This document shows, one piece after another, positions 22,928 through 35,190 of a stretch of 64,000 bases of DNA (position 1 is the first letter of the stretch; every line of letters starts with the position of its first letter). Under the pieces are notes generated by a model. The model did no database searches, was not told the origin of the DNA, and worked only from the letters and a program-made list of their open reading frames with translations. The stretch comes from Vicugna vicugna. Taxonomy: Eukaryota. The stretch spans positions 883,102-947,101 of the forward strand of contig MU057724.1 in assembly GCA_013265495.1 (NCBI GenBank), read 5' to 3'. Position numbers and translations under genes: made by a program.

Positions 22928-25900
22928 CGGGTAGCATATGCCATTCACAGTATCTATTTCATTGTGTTTTCAACCGAAACTGGACCGGAGACACAGCCGC
23001 AACAAACAGAAGCGGTCTTGCCCTTAGCGCCCGATCAGTCTGCTCTCCTGTTTTCCCCTCTATTAAATTACCTTCATGACTAATAGAAATGTCCAGAATT
23101 ATCTAGAAAGAAACAAAAGTGGTAGCAGCGTGACTTACGTTGTCTTCATGCCGTAGCGGCTGGTGAATTAAGACAGCGGTGAGCTGGGAAACGGTCTCCT
23201 GTGACAAAGCCTCAGTGCGCAGCACGTGCAGATCTTCCCGTGTGACTCCTCCCTCAATGACCCGCTTCAGTTACGAGCCGCCGGGTAAGCACTCGGCCCT
23301 CCTGGGCCGGTCCCGCCCCAGGACGCAGCGCAGCCGGGCGGCGGGGTGATGGAGCGACGGGAGAACGGGGTCCCCCACGTGCTCCACACGTGCTCCATCC
23401 TTACAGCCGTCCACGCGTCCATCTGTCCGGCCCGCACTCACGCGCTGACTTTCACTCTATGCCTCTGTTCTACGTGGAACATAAAAAAGTCAAAAATAGT
23501 GAATTACTTTGAACAGCGGAACAGAAAAACCCCTGTCAGTGCGGACTATCCACGTTGCAGGGCGCGTGATCACAGGTGGTGACGCAGCCCCACCCCACCC
23601 CCTTTGCGGTCCAGCTGGTAAAAACCCCTCCCCCACAGGAGCCCTGAGACACCCCCACCAGGAGAGCGAGATTCTCGAAGCCAAACAGCAGTGAGACACG
23701 TGGAGCAGAAAACGGGTCGGTGACTTCCAGTCCCTAAGGAAAGCTGAAGCTGGAGGAGGGACGCAAGAAGAATAGAGCATGAGTAAATGTTCGCAGCCAA
23801 AAGTCCAGGTCATTCGTGAGGATCGGTGACGTGTTCTGAGGCTCGCTTCCTATCCGACACAGACCCTAACCCTCACCCTCCTCCCCACTCCCCTCACTGT
23901 GCTGTTTGCAGCGCCCACAGGACCCTAAGTCCCTCCCCAAATCGTCTGCCTGTCTTTGGTCCCCCAGCCACTCTGTCTGCCTGGCATGGTCTCCCTTCAC
24001 CCCTCCCCAGAGGGATGGAGATCATTTATGCCATGACCTCATTTAAAATCCGTAAGGAATTCTCTACTAAAATATGTAGCTTGAGCAGCTTATCATCGTG
24101 GGAGGGCCTGAGTCATCCAGCCCTAAATTTCCTTTTCAGTTTTCCTTCTAGGTTCTCAGTCATGTAACCCCGTGTCCCACTTACACAGAACTACCACTGA
24201 CTTAAGGGAAAAAAGCAGAAGAGTTCCCGCTGACACCTTTGTGCCTTTACCTGTCTTCCTCGTAACCTTTCCAGCCCATAAAACTCACTCTTCTGTGACC
24301 CAGTGTCACACTTGGCAAAGCGTTTCCAAGAGAAAGTGGTTAGAATTCCCTCTCTCCTACTTTGTGCAGGAGCAGAGGGCCGGCCTCCCCGTGTGCTCCC
24401 CAGCCTCCCTGGTGACTGTGCAGGAGCGACTTCAGCGCTTGACAGCGTGGGGTGTGCCTGTCTCTGCCTGAGACCCTGCCACAGGGCGGGTCCGGGCTCT
24501 GCCGTTTCGTGCTCATCGCATATGGCTCTTTAAATATTTACTACGTGATTCAATGAATGTTGAATATGCCTGGCCGTTGACATGACTTATACATTTTGCT
24601 CTAAAACAATTTGTAAAGATGACCTATAGCGATGAGCCCGAGGCCGAGCAATGGCGATTTGCCCCTGGGACATGTTATCTCTCTCTTCCAGGGCGGCGTC
24701 TTCGCCTCCTTCGTCTACGCTGCAGCTCACGTGCGCGCAGTCACGTGCTCAGTAAACCTGACTAGTTCTCGGAAGTTCACGTGATGTCTCAGATTGTGGC
24801 CTCTAAGTTTAAGTACTTTCACTGTCGTCCTTGTGCAAACAGAATTCAAATCATCACTTCAGGACAGTCGGCAGCTTTGAGGAGGAAAATACCCCCGTGT
24901 TATTAGACGAGCAGTGTTAGAAACAGAGCAGCTGGAATCAGGCTCAGACCTTTTATGAACGAACACCTCCCTGTGCCCATCAGGTGTGCATGATCTAGTC
25001 ACCTCCTGACTTTGAAAATGTGGACTCGACCACCGATCCACACACACACACACACATTTTCAGTATTGATTTAAGGTCGCTTCCTATACTAATTTAAGTG
25101 ATAGTTAAGTTATCTAAGAACATAAACCTATTATTTGTTTCTGGGAAACTGCTCCCAATGCCATCACTCTGAGAGCAGGGAGGTGTCTGGGCACCGCTGG
25201 TCCAGTCACCAGGGTATCAGGGTGGTGCTGATGCCTGGCGGTCAAGGACGGGACGCTGACATGCACGTCAGTGCTGGGGAGAGCGAATCCAACGTCCTGT
25301 GGTGATTGTGGAAATAAATACAGAAATCTGAAGTAAGAGGTAATAGAAAGTCGAGATTCAAGAATGCACCACATTTAGTCAAAAGTACAAAACCACACAG
25401 TAAGTCACAGATGTCAGGTACTTCAGGAGACGGTATGAAGAGGGTCGGTACCCACTTTCCAGCCCTGAATCACGTGGTGTTACTCCCTAGGTCATTTTCA
25501 GTGAATGCTTCATGGCCTCTGGCGATTGTTCTGGATTCACTCACTGTGTCAAATGCATCAAATGATCACAAATTGAAACTTTCTCCCGTCGGACTGGAAG
25601 GACCTTTCCATCCCTCCTCGTCTGGTGACCCTGCTCGCTGTCCAGACACCTGAGTTCCACGTCCACTGTGTCCTGCTGGTGTCTCTGTCACACCATCTGC
25701 ACATTTCCCTGCAATCTGCATTTCCCTCTTCACCACTGGAACATGCATCTCTTTAAACTCTGGGGTTGGATTTCAATTTACAAAACCACAAAACGAATCC
25801 TTGCTGTGTGCTGTTATGTTGCTGGTGCTTGGTTCTCAGTAAGCGTGTAATGAAGGGGCCATTTAGGAAGCACCTTGTCTCTCGAAGCAAAGTCTAGACT

Positions 25901-26984
25901 GAGCCCTGCGAGGGTCACACGTGGTTAACACTCAGTCTCGCGATGGAAGTGAGCGTGACACTGTTAGCTGCAAGAGAGTCCCTGGATACAAAGTCCCAGC
26001 CACACACCGCCAAATGCTAGGTCCACACTTACAAACCGACGGTGTTGGACACTCTTCTAAAAGATATGTTGTTACTCTGGTTTGTGTTAAGCTGCATGGA
26101 GTTGAAAAGCACAGAGCTGGAAACACCTGAACACTAGAAAACCTGCCGGAAAACAAGCCCAGCACAGCACGTCCCCTGGGGTCCCTGCAGGCAGAGGCAC
26201 AGAGAGCTGCCCCCAGAGCCAGCCCTCCACGCACCTGAGAGCCTCCTGGTGCTGAGAAAGGTTGTAGACGAAGATTTCTTTCTTTTGTTATAAAATGATA
26301 ATCATTTCTGAAATTAAATGTGAGAACATACCAGAAGAAACACAGCTGGTTTTTTCAGAGAAATTCCCCAAGAAGAATGCGTTATAGAAGGACACTAATG
26401 GCAAGTGTAGACAGAGACCAAAATCCAGAGACTGGGAGAGCTGCTAGGGAGATTTAAGGCAGACGTTTCCGCATAGCTGGACAAAGACCATTTCAAGGGC
26501 TATAAAATCCAAAAGGAAAACATAAAGGGGTGGGGTCTACAAACTGAAGGTCTGTTTTTTTGAAACCATTTCTTTGGAGAAAAAATAAATACCATACTCA
26601 CCAGAGGGAGGGGTTAGGGGTTCTGCGTTTCTCATTTGAAGTCAGGAAGGACCACTAGCGCTGAGCCCTGCACCTGCGGGCGAGTGGATGAGGGTCCGCC
26701 CCACACACGGCGGGTCCAGGAGCTGGGGCCGCACGTTTTCTCTAACGTCCGGGTTGGAGGCAGGGTTGGTTGAATGGGGGGCCTTCTGTTCTCCAGGAGT
26801 TGAGGGCCAAGCAGGCACGGGGGGGAGTGGCATGTGGGGCACAGCTGTGGGCAGTGTTAATTTGTCCAGGGACTGCCTGCAGGGGTCTCGGGAAACGTGG
26901 CCCCAGAGGAATAGAATTCACAGGATGGCAGTGGGAGGGGCCCAGCAAGAGGGCCTCAGGGGAAAGAGCAGAGAAGCCATTCCT

Positions 26985-27086
26985 ACTCCTATTCTTCTTC
27001 CTCTTCCTCTTCCTCCTCTTCCTCTTCCTCTTCCTCTTCCTCTCCTTCTCCTTCTCCTTCTCCTTCTTTTTCTTCTTCTTCTTCTT
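26985..27086. repeat. Compound polypyrimidine microsatellite (CTCTTC)n(CTCCTT)n(CTT)n
   Basis: 95 nt of uninterrupted C/T at 26992-27086. Confidence 0.97.
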
Positions 27087-27167
27087 GTGCAGTCGGCCAC
27101 AATGTGTCAGTTTCTGGTGCACAGCATCATGTCCCATCATGAACATGCACACGCACACACATGAAGA
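27087..27167 (-). mobile_element. Very short camelid L1 3' tip
   Basis: 'acaatgtgtcagtttctggtgcacagcatcatgtccc' matches the extreme 3' end of the other L1 copies in the window. Confidence 0.8.
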
Positions 27168-29129
27168 AAGCCATTCTTGTCACCACCAGGGGATCAATCA
27201 GCTTTAGGCTTCCAGAATGGAAGTGTGGGAAGTCACCTTATGACAGGACCAGTCATAACAGAATATTCTGGCCCCTTTGTCCAAAGTCAACCCTTCATTC
27301 GGGATGGAGGTGCATGAGAATAAGGAAATATGTGGTAACGCTTGCACCTGGAATCCCGTGCTCCCACCCTCAGGGCGCGCCACGCAGAGGAAGGGCGTCT
27401 ACTGAGCAGAGCCTGTGTGTTAAAGTCACAGTGGGGCCTTTATCACAGGAAAGTGAGCAGAGAAGCACAGCCACGCCAGCCCTGGGAGCAGGTTAAAGAA
27501 GGACAAAAATAAAACCACTTTCTAATTACATTTCTCAAGTTGTGTGTATTGACTGTAACACAGACAGTGAGCTTTAATGATTAGCTAACTCAGCAGTTGT
27601 TTAAATAGTGCCCAATAATTTAATATGAGATGTTTTATATTACACAGAAAATTGTGATTCAATTAATCATGTGAGTTTTGCAACACAAATTAGTTCCAGA
27701 TGAGCACAGACATTTTACAAAGTGAGAGTGTATGTGGGTTTCCAACCTGGTTCTGTCAGCTCTGAGTCAGGAGCTGGTAAGAGGGCTGTTTCCTCTGGAC
27801 TCTGTATGTGAGAGAGGGAGGGAAAAAAGTCTTCTCATTTTCCTTAAATAATGCAAATTGGGGTGGAGTTTAGACGAGTGAGGTTCAGAAGCCCGAGGTG
27901 TGCAGCTCAAGCAGAAGCAGCTTTGACAGATTCAGGTGGAGAAGACCCACCTGACCTCAGCTGTGCCCGGCACGTTCTACCCCGTACCGTTCTGGTTTTG
28001 GACTTGTTTTCCTCATCAGTTTCTCCCAGAATCACTGTATCTGCACCTGCAATGGCTCCGAGTACCTTACTCAGCAAACAGTGTTGCCCCAACACCCCAG
28101 GACAGGACCGACTCGCCCGCTGGGCGTGGGTACCGGACGCGGCCGGCCTGCCTGCTTGTTTCTCGCTCTTTCTGTCCAGAACTTCAGAGGCCTGTGTCAG
28201 GCTGAAGTCTCATTCCTTTACTAGAGGAGACATTTCTCTACCAGAACTAGAGGCACAAGCGAGTTTCCCCCATTAGGCAGAGATGTCAACGTTACAACAA
28301 ATTCTGCACGGTGGAAACTGCAGGAATGAGCCTGACTTGCTTTAATCCAGCCCCCACTTTGCACTCTTTAGTGAGGAACATTTAATTAATGACAGACTAA
28401 ATAATTCTCTGAGAAGACCTGAAGCATATTTGTTTAATTAGACCTGAAAACATAGTTTGCAAGTACAATGTTGGCCTCTTGCATTTTGGCTTTTGCACCT
28501 GTCCTCCCGGGAGAGGCGTGGGGGGAGGGGGAAGCACAGGCCCTGGTGGGAGCGCCCTGCGTGCACTGGGGGCTGAGAGCTAGCAGGCGCATGACTCAAC
28601 ACGCCCCATCAGGGGAGCAGAACGTGAAGGCGCAGGACAGAGCACGACGGCAGAGACGATGCCGGAAATCAGGGGGGTTCCGAAGGCCGGCGAGGAAGAC
28701 CATTGTTTACCAGGTTCTAACTGCTGGACTTTTGAGTGTGTCCGAGTAATTCAGAGCAGAGTCCATACAAGCAACAACATACTCATGTTTCTATTTTCAC
28801 TCCCATCACAGTAACAGTTCACATTTTTCTGCCCAAAACATCAGGTATATTACATACCCAGGAGTGGGTGAGGTGTGTGTAAGGCACATTCTCCTGGTGG
28901 TGGTAATTCAGATTATTGAAAGAGATGGTATAGGTTGCTGAAAAGTTCAACATAGGATTCTAATACGTTCTGTCCGCCTGGAATAAAGGAAACTACAGAC
29001 TGGAGAATATGATCAAGTAAGTTCCTTGAAAGGAACGAAAGTCTTAATAAGTCAGATCATACAAGCTCTTCTCTGGAGGGTAAGAGCACACACTACAAGG
29101 TCCCACCCAGGAAAGGTTTAAGACTATGC

Positions 29130-29960
29130 ACATGCGATCGGCTGGGAGGTGGAGGGGACTGACTTGTGAGGCAGGGATGTTTGCTGACTTGGAATGGACA
29201 TGAGAAGACCTTCTGGGGTGATAGAACGTTTTCTATCCTAGGATATGACACCTGTGTGTCAGTAATGATCATGTTGCAGAAAAATGTGTTTCAGCTCGGT
29301 GTTACAGCCCAGTGGTGACAGCAACCTGGATTCCGATGACAGACCCAGCAGCACTCAGAGAACTGAAGAACTCAGGTTTATTACAGCCAGCAGGCCCAGA
29401 GGAGATAACACTCCAAGCTCTGGACCCTGCCTGTATGTTTACACAGGCCTTTATAGGCTGCCAGTTTACACTCTGCAATATCATATGCAAATAAAGTATA
29501 ACAAAAGTTGACCAACTAGGAGCAAGCTTTGTAGAAATAGACCAATCAGGAGTGAGAAAAATAACCAATCAGGAGTGAGGGGAATGGACCAATCAGGAGT
29601 GAGCTCCATGCAAATGAAGTACTACAAATGGACCAATCAGAAGTTAGGGAAGTGGACCAATCAGAAGTGAGAGTAATAACCAATCAGGAGTAAAGGAAAT
29701 AACCAATCAGAAATGAGCTCAGGGAATCAGTAGAATTTTAGGGGTAAGTAAGCCATTTCAGAGGCAAAAAGTGAGATAGCACCTCTAGGCCAGGGAACCT
29801 AATGGTGGTGGCACAAGAGTAGTGGCCCTGCTTGGGGGTCCTGCCGGTCTTTTTATGGGGCTTCCCGCCTCAATTACACAGCTTTATTCATACATAAAAA
29901 TTCATCCTGCAGTATTTAGTGTATGTCACTGTGAGCACGTTAGGGTACAGCATGTATTTT
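29130..29960 (+). mobile_element. L1ME-type 3' end, host of the ERV LTR
   Basis: 'catgagaagaccttctggggtgatagaacgttttctatcct' before the LTR and 'ttacacagctttattcatacataaaaattcatc' after it. Confidence 0.6.
29272..29872 (-). mobile_element. Endogenous retrovirus solo LTR (ERV1-like), 601 bp
   Basis: Minus strand reads TGAGGCGGG...GCAACA. 4-bp TSD atca (29268-29271) / atta (29873-29876). Minus-strand TATAAA at 29450-29455 and AATAAA at 29377-29382. Tandem CCAAT repeats in U3. Confidence 0.88.
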
Positions 29961-29989
29961 TAAAAGGGTAGAGAAATAGCAAATGCCAT

Positions 29990-31060
29990 ATTTTCCTTAT
30001 GCAAAAACAAGAGAGGTGTGTTACCTTACATTTCACACAAAATCAAGACCTAAACTTGAAAGTCAAGGCTTTAAGTATTTAGAGGAAAATGTGTAAAAGT
30101 CCCCTTGTAATCTCAGGGGAAGGAAGCTACATTAAGCTACCAAATGGGAAAATACATTTGTGACACATACCACAAACAATTAACATGCAGGGTACATGAA
30201 AACTCCTTTAAAAAAGAAAAAAAGCAGTATTATAATGGGCAATAAACATGAGCTGACACTTCTCAGCAGAAGGAATAGTATCGCCCGATAAGCATATGAA
30301 GTTGGTGCTTGACCTTAATTGTATTCTGGGAAGTGAAATTACGAACAGTGTGCCATTTAGTTTTATGACCAATATTTTGGCAAAAATTAGGAAGTGTGGT
30401 AGGAGTGTAAGTATTAAAACCAATTTAGATAGCAATTTGGTCCACTTTGTAAAGCGGGTACAAAAATGTTAACAGTGTTCTTTGTAAACACCAAGCATGG
30501 AGAACAGCTCACACACCAGTTGCCAGCCCCGCGTACGCACAGTTTACGAGGTTGTCACAGAACAGAATTGCAAGAGCAGTGAACACGGCAGAGGAGAAAA
30601 GTAAACAAAGTGCAGTCACAAAACAGCCACACAGCTAAGCCTTAAATATTATAGTATTTAAATAAAAGCAAAAGCTGCTAAAAGCTGCATCCAGTATGAC
30701 ATCATCGATCCAATGATCAAATGTAAGCTAAAGCGAAAAACCTGTGCTTCAAAATGTGCATACACACAATAGAAACATTGTTAACAAAGCAAGGAGATGG
30801 CAAGCCCCAAATCCATCCGGTACCTCTGCAGAAAAGACAGACCTGAAGGCAGAGGTAGACCTTCTATTTCTTCAGCTGTCAGTGAGTCAATGCAGGCTTC
30901 ATTCATCACAGGTGAACGAGGGATGCACGGGTGGACAGATGACCAATAGATAATATTGCCTGTCATCTAACGGTCCGTCTACCTGGTACACCTTGGGAGT
31001 GCGTGTGTGTGTGTTATGAAGGAAGCACCATGCATAAAAGTTGCTTCTATGTATCAATTT
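29990..31060 (+). mobile_element. Ancient L1ME-type ORF2 end / 3' UTR fragments
   Basis: 'aagacctaaacttgaaa..tttagaggaaaat', 'aatgggcaataaacatgagctgacacttc', 'ttggcaaaaattaggaag'. Very diverged. Confidence 0.6.
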
Positions 31061-33350
31061 AGTAAAATGATTTTACAGAAAAGGATTTTTCCCTAAGTGG
31101 ATTGACTTTGAAAAAGAGGAGCCAGGAAGGAGAGACTGTCACAGCATCAGGGAACCAGAAGGCGCAGGTGAACTGTTCTTCCACCTGGAAGGAAGCGGCT
31201 CTGCATCAGGACGGACCAGGCTTAGGTTCACTCAGGGCTTCCTTTTATGTCGTCCTTCTGGTTGGAGGGAACAAAAGCCTGGGGGACAGCTGGTGGCAGG
31301 ACGCCTCCTCCAGCCTGTGGGGTCCCCCCAGCTCGGGGGACCTGCAGAGGGTCCTGGACGAGCGTGAGCGTGAACCTGGGAAGGGAAGGCTGGGCTTCCG
31401 GGCTTGTAACAGGAGTGAAGCAAGTCCACAGACAGCAGAGGTTCTCAACATCACAGAAACAAAGCAGCTTGAGGCCACACATCCTGCAAACCGTTCCAGG
31501 GCAGGGCTTAGGTGTCAGAAGGACAGGCAGGGAGTCCCGGTTCTGGAGGAAGGAACATGCAGCAAAATTGTAACCAGGCTGCGGGCACCCTGTGGGTTAA
31601 TTTTAAAACTGGATTGACACAAATCTACATTTGCCAATTTTGGTATCTTCTTTTGACTTTAGCTTGCTTCATCAAATAAGAAATCTCTGGAGTTGTAAAG
31701 AACGTTGAGTTATATATCATATATTATGAAGAAACAGGCAGACTATAAAAACCCTTTTAAGACTGACTGCATATTCTGTGGAAGGCTGTAGACTTTCTAA
31801 GTCTCTGGAATGATGAGGACAACACACAAAAGAATGTCACCATGTGCGGAAACTGTGAACTGCATCCTTGAATGCCCACAGATTCTGGGAGCTCGTCTGG
31901 GGCTTAACCCACCCAGAGTGAGCGTGGTCTTTCCACCTGCTGTGCTTTCCTCTCCTCAAACTACTTATCGGAAGAGCCAGGCAGCACGGGTGTAAGGACG
32001 TGGCCAACCTGGACTCTCCAGAGAAGTGACATCAGCTCTCATTCCTTCAGTGTCATCACTCACGTTGTTATGGACTGTACGGCATATGTTAGGCAAACTG
32101 TTGGGAACTAGAGAGAAAATGACGTGTGTGACGCTCTGTGAATGCAAATGTCAAATTACCTCCTCACACAGAAGCATGTTATCACTGTGTCTGCAGGAAA
32201 GACATAACGCTCCCCCGAGTAATTTTTCATGATGGTTTTTAAAGGTGGCTACGGTTAAACACCACTACCGGCCACGTGAAAATACGGTGACGATGAAAAC
32301 ACATAAAACTGCATCGGTTTTAGGCACCATGTCAACAACGAATTGTTTTCTGAGCTGTGGTCTATTTAGGGGAGATCACAGAAGAGACAGGTCTGCTGGA
32401 AACTCTCAAGAAAGGGTGTCACTTTGCAATCACTTAAAAACAAGTCTTTGGAGATAACTGAATACTTAAAATTAAACTAAATAAGACTTGAATATTCAGC
32501 AAGAAGTTGGAGACAATGTTGCGGACGCAGTGCGGGTACTGATGTGGTGAGTTAGCTGGTGAGCGTGGATGACACTATATCTGGTTTAAAGAAAACCCAG
32601 CACCGCTGTGGGCTGACAGTGATGGCTTTATGACTTCTGGCTATGGAAGTGGGTAACCAGGACATTTGACGTCTTATTCAAGGCAGGACAGAATATCCTA
32701 AGGCGGCTTTGAAACCGGTAAGAGCACGTCTGTGTCGTGAAGGGACACCCCTGCTTCCACCTCCCACGTCATGGGAGCCGCTCGCACCCCAGGGTCTCCC
32801 ATAAATCTGATCGACGGAAACATGCAAACTGTCATCTGTCTCTCTTGCAAATACTTGGTGGTTGGCTGGGGAACATTTACATGCTTGCTTCCAGCATCTC
32901 CGAGGGCCACGCAGAGTAAGCGGCGGTTACGCTCAGGCAGACTCGCATTACAGCGGTTGGATGATCCTCCACTTCAAAAAATCTCAGGGAAAGCAAGTGA
33001 ATAATGCGACTGCACCCGGGGTGGGCCCTTGTTTATGTCACCTGACACGCGTGCAGCGAAAATATGTCCACACGGCCCCATAAACAGCGCTGGCGCAGGG
33101 CAGCCGCACGTCCGCTGTTCCCGGCAGATGGCGTCTCTGGGTTCAGAGACGAGCGACAGAAATGGATACATAATTAGACAAACTGAAAAATGAGGAGACC
33201 TAACAAGATCAAGTAAGGAAAAGAAAGCAACATGTATTTTTAACAGTGTCAGACAAGAGCTGGAGGAAAGGACGTGAGCTCCTCGCAACCGGCGGCCCGG
33301 GAGCAAGCTCTCTGCGCCACGTGCTCACCGCGCACGCGCACGAAGGGGAC

Positions 33351-33460
33351 GAGCGGAGGCCACGCCTCCCGGGCGGGGCCAGGGCCTCCCTCCTGGACTG
33401 AGCGCTGGAGCGGAGGCCACGCCTCCGGGGCGGGGCCGGGGCCGCCCTCCTGGACCAGAG
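33351..33460. repeat. GC-rich tandem duplication, 2 x 57 bp
   Basis: 'gagcggaggccacgcctcc(c/g)gggcggggcc(a/g)gggcc(t/g)ccctcctggac' at 33351 and 33408. Confidence 0.92.
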
Positions 33461-33763
33461 CTTGGGGTGGGGGCGGGCAGGGCTGGAGGGCTCTGCGCGC
33501 ACCAGCCTTTCCTGTGAGGGAATCCGCAACTCCGCAAGCCTGAGGGCTGCACGGTGGCTCTAGGGGAGGGAAGAGAAGGTTCCATCACAGGAAACAGAAA
33601 GGGCGTCTTAGATGTGCGGAGTGAAACGAGGAGGACCCACAGCGGAAGGTTTGAGTACCTTTGCGTGTGTGCCCTCCTGGGCAGAAAACACCACGTGTCT
33701 GCTGGGGCCAGAATAAGGGGATGTCTGGTGATGGTGTGACCGGAGGCGCTCTGCCGCCTTCTC

Positions 33764-34135
33764 TTTTTTTGAACACCTTCACTGTGGTGTGGTTCTTGTA
33801 CTACACGTACTTCAGGTGTGCATGTTGATGAATTTTGACAGATGTACACACCCATGAAACCACCACCACAGTCAAGATAGCCAGCATTTCCATCTTTTCC
33901 CAATTTACCCGTTCCCACCCCCTCGGACCCCTGGTAACCATAAGTTTGTTCTCTAGGTCTGTGAGTCTGTTTCTGTTTTGTAGATAAATTTGTTTGTGTC
34001 CTTTTTTAAGACTCCACAGACACAGGATATCACATGGCATTTTTCTTTCTCTCTTTGGCTTACTTCGCTTAGAATGACGATCTCCAGGTCCATTCATGTT
34101 GCTGCAGATGGCGTTATTTTATTCTTTTTTTATGG
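33764..34135 (-). mobile_element. Camelid L1 3' region with chimeric (L1ME-like) terminus
   Basis: 33898-34135 is a standard camelid L1 3' UTR ('ggtaaccataagtttg', 'ttagaatgacgatctccaggtcc'). 33771-33897 matches 20445-20575 in reverse complement. T7 tail at 33764-33770. Confidence 0.9.
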
Positions 34136-34839
34136 AACCTTCTGAAGACAGCCCTAGGCAGAGACAAAGCTAGGAGGATGGATGACCAGTGCTGAGAACA
34201 GACAGACTCAACATGTTGTTCCCTGGGTATCTGCTCTCACTACATTCACAAATGCAACATTGCCAGAAAGTGAATCTGTAAGTGAAATCAATAATCTACA
34301 TGTATGTGATCTTGCCATGAAAATGATCCCCAGAAGGAAACACCATCAGATCTCCTCCCCAAAAAGAAAAATAGAAAAAAAATCACACAAAACCAAATCC
34401 AAACGAATAATAAAACTGTCAAACAGAAACAGCAAATCAAAATCTACACAGGAGACAGCAGTCATGTACGTGGTGGTCTGTCTTCTTTGATAACGTCACA
34501 CACACAAGGAAGAACTAGGAATTTCTTTTTTCATTTATTTTAGCGTTTTCAGCACTACTTGTGTTATGTGATATTGTTGCCCCATATTTAGTGATTATGG
34601 AGAAAGTGTGAGCTGTAATTGAATTGCTAAACAAAATAGATTCTCATGCACAGACTAGATAAATTAGAATTGCTTAATTTAATTTTAAGGGGGGAAATTT
34701 TGTTCTGGTTTTAATAGCAATGTAATGTGCAAAAGAATTAATTATGAGAAACCTATTTTTTTCCAACTCTGAAAAGAACAAACATAAAACCAGGTGGGGG
34801 TAACCTCAGCTTGATCACTGTGAGCAGCTGTGCTAACCT

Positions 34840-35190
34840 GACTGGACCAGGCTGGGCTGCGGGAACGGGCGAAACTCAAAACAGCAGTGGCTTCGTATAG
34901 CAAAGGCTTATTGCCAATTCAAATCTCAGTCTGGGCGGGTCAGAGACAGCTGCCCTCTCCAGGTGCTTGCTCCTTCTCCGCAGAGCCTCATCTCCAACTG
35001 CCTGGGTCCAGTGTGCAGACCTACAGCAGAGTGCACAGGACGGTATCCCCACTGCAAAGGGCCTTCTTCTGAACGTAACACACATCCCTTCCACTCAAAT
35101 CCTATTGGCCCAAGGCCTGAACCCAAACGTAAAGCCATCTGGGAAATGTAAGAAAACACGAGAGGATACGGGAACATTTTCTCTGCCGCC
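34840..35190 (-). mobile_element. Old MaLR LTR (MLT1K/L-like)
   Basis: 'caaaacagcagtggctt' and 'gtaacacacatcccttccactcaaatcctattggcc..ctgggaaatgta'. Confidence 0.55.

Noticed and set aside
26688..27207. ORFs with poly-Leu/Pro, Phe/Leu or Lys/Arg tracts
   Set aside because: Translations of the C/T microsatellite.
29540..29712. CRISPR-like repeat-spacer array
   Set aside because: Units are only ~23 bp, the 'spacers' resemble each other, there are no cas genes, and it lies in a mammalian LTR U3 region.
31102..31617. 171-aa ORF
   Set aside because: TTG start, no recognisable homology, and opposite-strand frames are also open.
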